In this document: piece by piece, positions 1-11,138 of the stretch
How the letters are laid out: each line of letters opens with the position of its first letter
Numbering within the stretch: the stretch's first letter is position 1
DNA from: an uncultured bacterium
GTDB lineage: Bacteria; Krumholzibacteriota; Krumholzibacteriia; Krumholzibacteriales; Krumholzibacteriaceae
Length of the DNA stretch: 64,000 nucleotides
Direction: 5' to 3'
Assembly (NCBI GenBank): GCA_963813815.1
Contig: CAWFAD010000007.1
Location: forward strand, 160,001-224,000
Notes under the pieces: model-generated
Told to the model about the DNA's origin: nothing
Seen by the model: the letters and a program-made list of their open reading frames with translations, nothing else
The model's database searches: none
Position numbers and translations under genes: made by a program

Positions 1-1
1 C

Positions 2-1271
<1,270 letters not shown>

Positions 1272-1304
1272 CACGTGCGGCGCCGCGGCAAGGAGGAGAC
1301 GCCT

Positions 1305-2504
1305 GTGAGAAAGAAGACGCTTCGTGACGTGAATCTCGGGGGCCGCCGGATTCTCATGCGGGTCGATTTCAACGTTCCCCTCTCGAAGCAGGGGGATATC
1401 ACCGACGACACGCGCGTGCGCGCGTCGCTCCCGAGCATCAACCACATCATGGAGCAGGGCGGATCCGTCGTTCTCGTCTCGCACCTCGGGCGGCCGAAAG
1501 GGACGAGAAACAAGGCGTACACCCTCCGGCCGGTGGCCGACTGTCTCGGCGGTCTCGTGGACTACCCGGTGAAGTTCGTCGAGGACTGCGTCGGCCCCGA
1601 CGTCGAGAAGATCGTGGGAAAGCTCGCGAGCGGAGAGATTGCGCTCCTCGAGAACCTGCGTTTCTATCCCGACGAGGAAGCGAACGACCCCGCCTTCGCG
1701 AAGGCGCTCGCTTCCCACGGGGACCTCTTCGCGAACGACGCCTTCGGAACGGCGCATCGCGCCCACGCGTCGACGGAAGGGGTGACGCGGTTCTTTAGGG
1801 AGAACGTCGCGGGTTTCCTCATGGAGAAGGAGATCGACGCGCTCGAGGGGCTGCTCGGGAGCCCGGCGCGGCCCTTCGTCGCCGTCATGGGCGGCGCCAA
1901 GGTCTCCGGCAAGCTCGATCTCATACGAAACCTCCTCGCCCGGGTCGACCGGGTGCTCATCGGCGGCGGCATGGCCTTCACCTTCTTCCGGGCGGCCGGT
2001 CTCGAGATCGGCACGTCGCTCGTCGACGACTCGCTCGTGCCGATGTGCCGATCGCTCATGGAGGAGATCGAACGGACCGGGAAGAAGCGCATCCTCCTGC
2101 CGGTCGACTGCCTCGTCGCGAAAGAGGTGAACGCCTCGTCCGAGGCGTCCCTCGTCTCGACGGGCGACATTCCGGAGGACATGGCCGGAGTCGACATCGG
2201 GGATCGGACGGTGGATCTGTTCCGGGAGGAGCTCTCCGCCGCGAAAACCGTTTTCTGGAACGGCCCCATGGGGGTGTTCGAGATCCCGCAGTTCGCGGGC
2301 GGAACGAAGAAGATCGCCCGCATCATGGCGGACATCACGAGGAATGGCGCGAAGACCGTCGTGGGCGGCGGGGACAGCGTCGCCGCGCTCAACCAGGCGG
2401 GCCTCGGAAACAGGGTGAGCCACGTGTCGACCGGCGGCGGCGCGTCCCTCGAGCTCCTCGAGGGCAAGAAGCTCCCGGGAGTGGAAGCCCTCTCGGACCG
2501 CTGA
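1305..2504 (+). CDS. pgk: Phosphoglycerate kinase
   Basis: RVDFNVP, SHLGRP, NDAFGTAHRAHAS, STGGGASLE; GTG start after AAGGAGG. Confidence 0.98.
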   Translation: MRKKTLRDVNLGGRRILMRVDFNVPLSKQGDITDDTRVRASLPSINHIMEQGGSVVLVSHLGRPKGTRNKAYTLRPVADCLGGLVDYPVKFVEDCVGPDVEKIVGKLASGEIALLENLRFYPDEEANDPAFAKALASHGDLFANDAFGTAHRAHASTEGVTRFFRENVAGFLMEKEIDALEGLLGSPARPFVAVMGGAKVSGKLDLIRNLLARVDRVLIGGGMAFTFFRAAGLEIGTSLVDDSLVPMCRSLMEEIERTGKKRILLPVDCLVAKEVNASSEASLVSTGDIPEDMAGVDIGDRTVDLFREELSAAKTVFWNGPMGVFEIPQFAGGTKKIARIMADITRNGAKTVVGGGDSVAALNQAGLGNRVSHVSTGGGASLELLEGKKLPGVEALSDR

Positions 2505-2515
2505 GGATCGATCGC

Positions 2516-3268
2516 ATGAGAAAAACGATCATCGCCGGCAACTGGAAAATGAACAAGGATCACGTCGAGGGAGCCTCTCTCTCGCGCGACATCGCCGCGG
2601 GGCTGGCCGGCGCCGCGCCGTCCTGCGAGGTCGTTCTCATCCCGCCCTTCACGAGCCTTCCCGCCGTGATCGAGGCGATGCGCGGCTCGGTGGCGAAGGT
2701 GGGCGCGCAGGATATCTCGGCCGAGGACGAAGGCGCCTTTACCGGAGAGGTTTCCGGGCGGATGCTCCGCGCCTTGGGGTGCGCGTACGCTCTCGTCGGA
2801 CACTCCGAGCGCCGCCACGTCATCGGCGAGGGGGCGGGGCTCCTCTCGAGGAAGCTCCGCGCGGCGCTGAGAAGCGGCCTCGTTCCCATCTACTGCGTCG
2901 GAGAGCTTCTCGACGAGCGCGAGTCCGGCGCCGCCGGCGCGGTCGTCGAGCGGCAGATCCGCGAGGGATGCGAAGGGCTCTCGCCCGAGGAGTTTTCCCG
3001 CGTCGTCATCGCCTACGAGCCGGTCTGGGCGATCGGAACCGGCAAGACGGCGACCCCGCGGGACGCCTCCGACATGCACGGCGCGATTCGGCGGCTCGTC
3101 GGCGCCCTCTTCGGCGCTCAGGCGGCCGAATCGACCCCGATTCTCTACGGCGGCAGCGTCAAGCCCGAGAGCGCTCCCGGTCTGCTCTCCAACGGCGAGA
3201 TCGACGGATTGCTCGTCGGGGGCGCGTCGCTCTCGGCCGGTTCCTTCCTGGCGATCATCCCCCGATAA
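2516..3268 (+). CDS. tpiA: Triosephosphate isomerase
   Basis: AGNWKMN, GHSERR, AYEPVWAIGTG, LVGGASL; ATG at 2516. Confidence 0.98.
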   Translation: MRKTIIAGNWKMNKDHVEGASLSRDIAAGLAGAAPSCEVVLIPPFTSLPAVIEAMRGSVAKVGAQDISAEDEGAFTGEVSGRMLRALGCAYALVGHSERRHVIGEGAGLLSRKLRAALRSGLVPIYCVGELLDERESGAAGAVVERQIREGCEGLSPEEFSRVVIAYEPVWAIGTGKTATPRDASDMHGAIRRLVGALFGAQAAESTPILYGGSVKPESAPGLLSNGEIDGLLVGGASLSAGSFLAIIPR

Positions 3269-3273
3269 ATCAT

Positions 3274-3302
3274 TTGACTGCATAGGGGGATTTCATTAAA
3301 CT
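3274..3302 (+). promoter_or_regulatory. Putative sigma70 promoter for secG-tRNA-Leu
   Basis: TTGACT-N17-TAAACT in an AT-rich gap. Confidence 0.65.
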
Positions 3303-3332
3303 ACTACCTTTGAAAAGGCTGGTGATCGGATA

Positions 3333-3731
3333 ATGTTCACTGTTGCGCTCATCCTACATGTACTTGTCTGCGTGCTGCTGACGATCGTCGTATTGCTGCA
3401 GTCGTCCCGGGGGGCGGCGCTCTCTGCGGCGTTCGGCGGAAGCGGCGGACAAATCTTCGGCGGCCGCGAGGCGGCTACCTTCCTCGGGAAGGCGACGACG
3501 TGGCTCGCCATCGGCTTTTTCGTCACCTCGCTCGCGCTCGCCTTTCTATCGGCGGGGCGTGGCCAGGGCGGAGAGTCGAGCGTCCTCAAGAAGGCGGCGC
3601 GCGAGCAGTGGGGAACCGTCGTGCCCGAGGAGCAGAAGGCCGTGAGCGACGTCATGGGTAACGTGCCGCAGCCGGCCGAGGGCGAGGAACAGGGCGGCGC
3701 TGCCGAGCCGGCTCAACAGGGCGGCGAGTAA
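3333..3731 (+). CDS. secG: Preprotein translocase subunit SecG
   Basis: Two TM helices, VLLQ...GG.FG...L.K.T pattern; conserved tpiA-secG-tRNA-Leu synteny. Confidence 0.93.
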   Translation: MFTVALILHVLVCVLLTIVVLLQSSRGAALSAAFGGSGGQIFGGREAATFLGKATTWLAIGFFVTSLALAFLSAGRGQGGESSVLKKAAREQWGTVVPEEQKAVSDVMGNVPQPAEGEEQGGAAEPAQQGGE

Positions 3732-3751
3732 CCGGACGATACAAGCTTTAT

Positions 3752-3833
3752 GCCGGGGTGGTGGAATTGGTAGACACGCTACTTTGAGGGGGTAGTGGGG
3801 CGACCCATGCGGGTTCAAATCCCGCCCCCGGCA
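3752..3833 (+). tRNA. tRNA-Leu (anticodon GAG); CCA not encoded
   Basis: GCCGGGG/CCCCGGC acceptor stem, GGAATTGGTAGAC D-loop, CTACT-TT-GAG-GG-GGTAG anticodon arm, long variable arm, GGTTCAAATCC T-loop. Confidence 0.96.
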
Positions 3834-3843
3834 TGAGAACTAT

Positions 3844-3871
3844 ACGGGGCACGAGAACCGGCCCCGTTTTT
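3844..3871 (+). terminator. Putative intrinsic terminator after tRNA-Leu
   Basis: ACGGGGC-10 nt loop-GCCCCGT followed by TTTT. Confidence 0.55.
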
Positions 3872-3906
3872 CTATCAGAGGCGTTGGCGAGGAGAAGGGC
3901 GAGGGG

Positions 3907-4413
3907 ATGGATCGATTTCTCGAATCGTACGCAGGGCCGCTGACGCTCGCGGCGCTCGTCGCCGCCGTCGCGGCGCTCGTGATCGCCGTCCTCGCCATCG
4001 TCGACCTGCGCCGCCTCAAACGCCCCTTCCGCGGCATGGCGGAGGTCTACGAGAAGCAGGGGACCGAACAGGCCCTCGGCGAGCTTCTCAAGGGAATCGA
4101 CGAGAACCGCGAGTTTCTGCGGACGCACTCGGAGGAGATCCGCCGGATTCTCCGGCTGCTGGCCGTGAGCTACGCCGGGATGGGGCTCGTCAAGTACAAC
4201 GCCTTCGAGGATATCGGCGGCATGCAGAGCTATTCCCTCTGCCTTCTCACGCGCGAGAAAAACGGCTGCATTCTCACGAATCTCGTCGGACGCACCTCCA
4301 CGCGCGGATACGCCCTCGATGTGACCAACGGGAAGCCTTCGCGGAAGCTGAGCGACGAGGAAAAAGAGGCCTACGAATTCGCCGTCAGGTCCCTCTCCGC
4401 GGGCGATTCCTGA
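3907..4413 (+). CDS. DUF4446-like membrane-anchored protein
   Basis: N-terminal TM, coiled coil, GLVKYNAFEDIGG.QSYS..LL and ending LS.EE motif. Confidence 0.75.
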   Translation: MDRFLESYAGPLTLAALVAAVAALVIAVLAIVDLRRLKRPFRGMAEVYEKQGTEQALGELLKGIDENREFLRTHSEEIRRILRLLAVSYAGMGLVKYNAFEDIGGMQSYSLCLLTREKNGCILTNLVGRTSTRGYALDVTNGKPSRKLSDEEKEAYEFAVRSLSAGDS

Positions 4414-4436
4414 TCGGCTCGGGGAGCGGGGGCGCT

Positions 4437-5063
4437 CTAGCGGCGGCCCCGCCAGGTCCGGTACATCGATTTCACGTAGATAAATCCCGCCGCCATGCCG
4501 CCGAGGTGCGCGAAGTGGGCTATGCCGTCCCCTCCGGTGAAGCCGCTCACGAACTCGATGATCACGACGAAGATGACGAGCGTGCGCGCGCGGACGGGCA
4601 GGATCCCCCAGACATACACCTCGTTGTACGGGAAGAGCATCGCATAGGCCAGCAGTATGCCGTACCCGGCGCCCGAGGCGCCGATAACCGTCGTGTTGAA
4701 TGAGAAGATGAAGCTCCCGAGCGCGCCGCCGAGGCCGCACACGAAGTAGTATCGCAGAAAGCGCTGGCTGCCCCAGACCCCCTCGAGCGGGCTTCCGAAC
4801 ATGTAGATGATGAACATGTTGAGAAGGAGGTGCCAGAAGCCTCCATGGAGGAACATGTAGGTCACGAGCTGCCAGACGAAGCCCTTCGTGACGACGAGGC
4901 GCGGCAGGAGCCCGAAAAAATCGATGAACGCGGTGTTGCGGAGCATGAGCTCGAGGACGAAGATGACGGCGTTGACGATGATGATCTGGTTGACGACGCT
5001 TTCCGTGAGGAAGGCGACGATCGGATTCGACGAGTATTTTCTATAGTAGGACATGCGGTGCAT
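4437..5063 (-). CDS. Rhomboid family intramembrane serine protease
   Basis: WQLVTYMFLH, HLLLNM, GASG catalytic Ser, AHLGG catalytic His. Confidence 0.95.
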   Translation of the reverse strand: MHRMSYYRKYSSNPIVAFLTESVVNQIIIVNAVIFVLELMLRNTAFIDFFGLLPRLVVTKGFVWQLVTYMFLHGGFWHLLLNMFIIYMFGSPLEGVWGSQRFLRYYFVCGLGGALGSFIFSFNTTVIGASGAGYGILLAYAMLFPYNEVYVWGILPVRARTLVIFVVIIEFVSGFTGGDGIAHFAHLGGMAAGFIYVKSMYRTWRGRR

Positions 5064-5230
5064 CCTCTCTCGAACGGTGCCGTTGCCGTCATAATACCGT
5101 ATCGACCCCGCGGGGGCAACCGCCGATGGCCACTATTTTCGAATCGAATCCGGCGAGCGGGCCGCGCGGCCGCGAGGGGCACCGCTCGAAAATCATTGCG
5201 CGTCCGCGCGCGTTCGGCGATCATCGCCTC

Positions 5231-6965
5231 GTGACGCGAAGGCAGGCGAGAGCGTTCCTGCGCGCGGCCTTTCTGGCCGCGCTGCTCGACCCGCCGCACG
5301 GGATCCTCTCGGGAGCCCGGGGGGCGGAAGGGGCGCTTGTGGCCGGGGAGGCTCCCGCGGTGGAAGCCGTATTTTACAACGGGACGATATACACGATGGA
5401 CGCCTCCCGGTCCGTCGTCGAGGCCGTCGCGGTCGGCGGCGGCAGGATCGTCGGGCTCGGAAGCTCGGCGGATCTGCTCGCGGGGTGTCCGTCCGGCGCC
5501 GCGCGGATCGATCTCGGCGGCCGCGCCGTCATTCCGGGGCTCACGGACGCGCACGCTCATTTTCTGAGCTACGCCGAGAAGGCGGCGTGGGCGGATCTTC
5601 GCGGCACCCGCTCATCGGAGGGTGCGCTCGCCCGAGTCGCGGGTCACGCGCACCGGACGGGCGACGGGTGGGCGCTCGGAAGGGGATGGGATCAGAACGA
5701 TTGGCCGGAGGCCGTCTATCCCCGCCGGGACGGGATCGACGGCGCCGTCCGGGGCCCCGCCTACCTCGTTCGCGTGTGCGGGCACGCGGCCTGGGTCAAT
5801 ACCGCGGCTCTGCGCCTCGCCGGCATCGACGCGCGCACTCCCGATCCCCCGGGAGGCAGGATCGCGCGCGACGCCTCCGGCGAGCCCACGGGGATTCTCT
5901 TCGACAACGCCATGGATCTCGTTTCGAGGCACATTCCGTCCTTCGATGCGGCCGAGAAGAAGCGGCTGCTCCGCGAGGCCGCGAAGCGGTGTCTCGCCGC
6001 GGGACTCGTCGGCGTGCACGAGATGGGCATCGGTCCGGACGCGGTCTCGCTGTACGAAGAGCTCTACGCCGCGGGAGAGCTTCCCTTCCGCGTCACCGCT
6101 TACCTCGAGGGAAGCGATCCCGGACTCGAGAGCCTCCTCGAGGCCGGGCCGTCTGGACCGGGGGGCGCGCGATCGATTCTCGATCGTCGGCGTGAAGTTC
6201 TACGCCGACGGATCGCTCGGCGCGCGCAGCGCCGCGCTCCTCGAAGACTACGATGACGATCCGGGGAACCGCGGCATTATGGTCACCGAGCCGGACACCC
6301 TCTCCGCGCGGATGCTTCGCTGCCATGATCGCGGTTTTCAGATCGCGGTGCACGCGATCGGCGACGCGGCCGTCCGCGCCGTGCTCGACCAGTACGAAAG
6401 GACGCTCAATCTTCGCCCCGCGCCGGACCGGCGACACCGGATCGAGCACGTTCAGCTGATTTCCCGCGCCGACATTCCGCGACTGGCCTCTCTCGGCGTC
6501 GTTCCCTCGATGCAGTTCACGCATTGCACCTCCGACATGCCCTGGGTGCGCTCACGGATCGGCCCCGCACGCGAGACGGGCGCCTACGCTTGGCGCTCGA
6601 TCATCGATTCGGCCGGGAGGATCCCCGGAGGCAGCGATTTTCCCATCGAATCGATCGACCCCTTGCTCGGCATCCACGCCGCGGCGACGAGAGCCGATCT
6701 CGATGGAAATCCCCGGGGCGGCTGGCATCCGGGGGAGCGCCTCACCGTGTACGAGGCGGTGAAGGCCTTCACGGTCGATGCGGCGTGGGCGGCTCACCGG
6801 GAGGATATAGCCGGCGACCTCTCTCCGGGCAAGCTCGCCGACTTCGTCGTGCTCTCGGACGATATATTCGCGGCGGAGGCCTCCGACATACCGCGAATCC
6901 GCGTGCTCGCGACGATTCTCGGTGGCGAGATCGTTCACCGGGCCGGCGATTTTCCGCTTCACTGA
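5231..6965 (+). pseudogene. Amidohydrolase 3 (YtcJ-like), frameshifted near 6160 (possible sequencing error)
   Basis: PGLTDAHAH and GRGWDQ in frame of ORF 5126; KFYADGSLG, HAIGD, RHRIEH, GSDFPI in frame of ORF 5622; switch at G6 run 6160-6165; start uncertain. Confidence 0.85.
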
Positions 6966-8681
6966 ATCTTGCGTTCGATGACCGGAAGGGGCAGCCCCCG
7001 CTCCCGCGCGAGGAGGGCGCGAGCCTTCTGCCGCGGTCTGCCGGAGACGTCCGGCTCCGTCATCCGCTCGACCATGCGCTCGACGAGAATCATGGAAATG
7101 CCCGGCCAGGCGACCGACGGAGAAACCGCGCCGGCAAGCGCCTCGCGCTCGCCGTCCTCCCGCTCGAGACGAGCCGTCTCCACGAAATAGCCCGCCGCCC
7201 TTTCGGTCGTGAGCGTGCCGGTGTGGATGCGAAGAACGACGACCGTCCTCGCGAGGCGCAGGGTCCAGTCGTCGATGAGACGCAGGTAGAGCTCCGGATC
7301 GTTCTTTCGCAGATTTTCGGCGATATCGGCGAGCGCGAGGTGGGCGAGCCCCTCGCGCCACGTTTCGCTCGCGAAGACCACGGCAACCGTGTCCGCCGAC
7401 TCGCAGACGAGGCGGTCCGCCTCGAGGAGGGCCGGAGCGGCCGCGAGCAGGGCGTAGCGGAGCGCCCCGTCGTCGAGTCGCGGGGCGTAGCCTGAGAGGA
7501 GAACGAAGGGGCGGCACGAGCCGGAACCGAGGGGCGTGACGCCGGCGATCACCGCGGGAGCTTCGAGGATCGGAAGGGAGAAGTAGGGACTTTTCGGCGC
7601 CGCCGCGGCGAAGCGCGTGTCCGCCGGGGCGCGGATCGACGGCGCCGGGCCGCGCGAGACGCCGAAGGAAACGCCCCGGCCGCCCGAGGTCCACAGCGTG
7701 TCGATGGCGCGCGAGGCGAACGCCCCGGGCGATTCGGAGGCGCCCACGGCCGGCATTCTGAAAAAGCGCGCGCGGGGGGCGCCGCCCGCGGCCTCCGCGC
7801 GGCCTTTTTCCGCCTCGAGCCGCTTCGCCGCCGAGGCGCGATCGGCGGCGAGCCTCGTGATTCTCCGTTCGGCTTCCGCGACGAGCATGTTCGGATCGGC
7901 GTCGAGGAGCTCGTCGTGGAGGAACACCATCGAGAGATTTTCCGCCCCGAGGATGAGCCCGCCGCGGGCGGTTGCGAGAAGCGGGCCGGCGAGATGATTT
8001 TTCAAGAGAGAGAGAGCCCCGCGAGCCGACTCCAGCTCGCCGTCGAAGGGCCTTCCGTATCGCGCCTCGGCGAGCCGGCCGATGTCGTCGATGCGCGAGT
8101 CGAGCTCGTCGAGCCTCATGACGGCGAAACGCGTGTGCGCCTCGGCGGGGTTGCGGAGCGACCGCGTCGCGTTCGAGCAGAGCTCCGCGATTGCGAGCAC
8201 GCGCCGGCGGTACGCCTCCGCCTCTCCCGGCCGCGCGGGCCCGAGCCGCGAGGGCATCTCCCCGAGCGCCTCCTCCGCGGCGCATACGTAGAGGAGGGGG
8301 CTCGTCCGCTGGATGGCGAGCGTCTCGAGCGCGAACCGCTCGCCCCGCGCCCAATGGATCATCACGCGAGCCTCGTCGACGTCGCGCTCCGAGAGCCCGG
8401 CCGCGCTGAGCTCCGAGAGCCGCCGGTCGAGACGCGCGAGACTCTTCACGGCGGCGGCGATCTCCATCCTCGCCGTAGACGAAGAGAAGCGAATCGGCGC
8501 CGGCGAACCCGAGACGGGAGGAGCGAAGCGGATGGATCTCCACATAGAGGCGCACGGCCTCCGCGGCGAGGCGGCGGTACGAGCTTCCCTCGTCCCTCGT
8601 TTTTCCGCCTCCGCAGCCGTGCTGAGAAGCAAGGACGAGGACGATCGTGAGGACGAGAGAAAGATGTCGTTTCACGCTCAT
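6959..8681 (-). pseudogene. DUF885-like exported protein, frameshifted near 8465
   Basis: Signal/lipoprotein-like N-terminus and HPLRSSRLG in one frame; remainder (EGLAHL, RLARTVVVLRIHTG) in ORF 6959..8632 frame. Confidence 0.65.
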
Positions 8682-8848
8682 GGCGGCCTTCCGGGGGACG
8701 CGGCTCCGTTCAACGCGCCCCCGCATCATGCTATATACCGGCTCGACGGGCGGGAGTAAACAGCTTTCGTCGTTATGGCTTGAGCGTCGCGGGGAAGGGC
8801 GGGTATACTGTGGGCCGGCGGTCCTCATCGGGACGCGCCGGAGGAAGC

Positions 8849-10309
8849 ATGGCGAATCGCTGGCAGAAATCGGGCGAGGGATTCATATCGCACCGCTTCG
8901 CGGTGGCCGTGATCGCCGCACTCTTCCTCGCGAGCCTCGCCGGCTGGATCGTCCAAGAGCTCGTGCCGCCCGATTTTCCCGGGCGGCGGCCGGTCTACGA
9001 GGAGTCGTGGAATCCGGGGGGCGCCCGGATCGTCGATCTGCTCCGGCTGTACGATCCGTTCCACTCTTTCTGGTACCGATCCGTTCTCGCGCTCTTCTTC
9101 GCCGTTCTCGTCGCCTGCAGCGTCACGCGCTTCCGCCGGATCGCCCTGCGGTCCCTTCGCGCTGAGCCGCCGGCCGCCCCCGGGGAGCTTCGAGGTCGCT
9201 CGCTCTCCCTCGACGTCTCCTGGCGTTCCCTCGCCGCCGGGGCGCGGGGCGCCGCGGATGTGCTGGCCTGGCACGGCGAGCGCTACGGGAGGGGCGAAGC
9301 GGTCGCCCCGCAGGCGCTCGAAGGCCTTTTCGCTCGCGTCGCCTCTCTTCTGCGGCGGCGGGGGCTGCGCGTCGAGTCCCTGCGCGACGGCGATTCCATC
9401 CGGTTCGCCGCCTCCTCCGGAAGATTCCGATCTCCCGGAGCGCTTCTCTTCCACGCCGGCATCGTCGCCATCACCCTCGGAGGGCTCATCGGAAGCATGC
9501 TCGGGCGGCGGGAGATGGTGTATCTCAAGGAAGGCGAGTCGGCGCCGCTTCCGCCCGACAGCACGGCCGCGCTCCGCGTCGACGATTTCCACATCGTAAC
9601 GACCGCTCACGGCGAGATCCGGGACTACGTTTCGACGATCACGATCGTCGGGGCGCGGGGGGATACGCTCGGCGCGGGCTCGATCGAGGTCAACCGCCCC
9701 TTCGAGTGGGGCGGCGTGAGGATCTACCAGAGCTCGTACACCGTGGGCGAGGGGGAATACTCCTGGGCGCGGCTGTCGTACCGGCTGCGCGGGGAGGCCG
9801 CGCCCCGCGAGGTGGATCTCGAGCCCGGCGTCGCGACCGTTCTCGGCGACAGCGTCGCCGCCGTTTCGGCCGTTCGATTCATCCCCGACTTTCGAAGGGG
9901 GCCGGAGGGGGCGTTCTCGGCGAGCCCGTATCCGGAGAATCCGGCGCTCGAGGTCGAGGTGTCCTCATCCGGCGTCGCGGAGAGGGGATGGCTCTTCCTG
10001 CGTCATGGCGAGTTCGACCGGCGCTTCGGCGCGGTCGCCGATCTCGCTCTCGAGGGGGTCGAGCCGGTCTACTACACGGGGCTCGAGATCGCCTCGAACC
10101 CGGGCGTTCCGTTTCTCTTCGCGGGGTTCGCCGCCGCGACCCTCGGCCTCATGCTCATGTATTTCTGCAATCCCCGGGTCATCAAGGGGATCGCGACGAG
10201 GGAAGGGCTGCTCATCGCGGGAGTCGCTTTCCGCTGGAAGGCGAGCTTCGAGCGCGAGTTCGCCGGGATCCTCGAGGCGATACGCGGGGAATTCGACGAA
10301 AGCGGGTGA
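8849..10309 (+). CDS. ccsB: Cytochrome c biogenesis protein ResB/CcsB (System II)
   Basis: LYDPFHSFWY, LFHAGI (conserved His), IEVNRP...IYQSSY, C-terminal NPG+TM; coupled to ccsA. Confidence 0.88.
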   Translation: MANRWQKSGEGFISHRFAVAVIAALFLASLAGWIVQELVPPDFPGRRPVYEESWNPGGARIVDLLRLYDPFHSFWYRSVLALFFAVLVACSVTRFRRIALRSLRAEPPAAPGELRGRSLSLDVSWRSLAAGARGAADVLAWHGERYGRGEAVAPQALEGLFARVASLLRRRGLRVESLRDGDSIRFAASSGRFRSPGALLFHAGIVAITLGGLIGSMLGRREMVYLKEGESAPLPPDSTAALRVDDFHIVTTAHGEIRDYVSTITIVGARGDTLGAGSIEVNRPFEWGGVRIYQSSYTVGEGEYSWARLSYRLRGEAAPREVDLEPGVATVLGDSVAAVSAVRFIPDFRRGPEGAFSASPYPENPALEVEVSSSGVAERGWLFLRHGEFDRRFGAVADLALEGVEPVYYTGLEIASNPGVPFLFAGFAAATLGLMLMYFCNPRVIKGIATREGLLIAGVAFRWKASFEREFAGILEAIRGEFDESG

Positions 10310-11124
10310 CGGACGTGCGGTACGCGGACACGATGCTCTTCTGGTATTCGTTCTGGACGTATCTCGCCTCGTTCGTTCTCTATTCGATTTTCGCGGCCCT
10401 CAAGGGGCGGCGGCTCGGCGCGGCGGCCTCGGTCGTCTTCGTCGCGGCGTTCGCCTGTCATACGGGCGCTCTCGCGGCCCGCTGGATCGCCACGACCCAC
10501 CCCCCCTTCTCGACGATGTACGAGTACGCGGTCACGATGTCGTGGGCGATAGCCGCGACGTTCATCGTCATCCTGGCCCGGTTCAGGCGGGCGTCGCTCG
10601 GCGTCGCCGTCTCGCCGCTTCTCATTCTCGTGCTCGTCATCGCTTCGCTGCTGCCGAAGGAGGCTTCGCAGCAGCTCATGCCCGCGCTCCAGAGCTACTG
10701 GTTCTACATCCACGTCACGCTCGCCGCGCTCTCGGAGGGCGCGTTCGTCGTGGCGGCGGCGGCCGGCATCGTATACCTCGCGCGCCGCAAAGGATCGAAG
10801 GGAAAGGGATCCTCCCCGGAAGCCGATCTCGTCGAGGAGGTCGTCGCGCGGGCCATCCGCTTCGGCTATCCGGTCTTTACGATCGGCGCGATGTTCGCCG
10901 GAGCCATCTGGGCGCAGTATGCGTGGGGGTCGTTCTGGAGCTGGGACCCGAAGGAGACGGGCTCGCTCGTCATCTGGCTCTACTACACGCTCGTTCTTCA
11001 CCAGAACGTTCGAGGCCGCTGGCGCGGCAAGGCGCTCGCCGTCGCGGCGATCGTAGGTTTCGCGCTCGCGCTCGTTTCTTTTCTGGGAAATCTCTTCCTC
11101 GGCGGGCTCCACGCCTACGTTTGA
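10306..11124 (+). CDS. ccsA: Cytochrome c biogenesis protein CcsA/ResC
   Basis: PALQSYW..IH, WAQYAWGSFWSWDPKE (WWD domain), GLHAY; GTGA overlap with ccsB. Confidence 0.95.
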   Translation: MTDVRYADTMLFWYSFWTYLASFVLYSIFAALKGRRLGAAASVVFVAAFACHTGALAARWIATTHPPFSTMYEYAVTMSWAIAATFIVILARFRRASLGVAVSPLLILVLVIASLLPKEASQQLMPALQSYWFYIHVTLAALSEGAFVVAAAAGIVYLARRKGSKGKGSSPEADLVEEVVARAIRFGYPVFTIGAMFAGAIWAQYAWGSFWSWDPKETGSLVIWLYYTLVLHQNVRGRWRGKALAVAAIVGFALALVSFLGNLFLGGLHAYV

Positions 11125-11138
11125 CGCGCCGGCCGGAA

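Noticed and set aside
3752..4413. tRNA as integration site of a genomic island
   Set aside because: No integrase, no duplicated tRNA 3' end seen, and no compositional shift downstream
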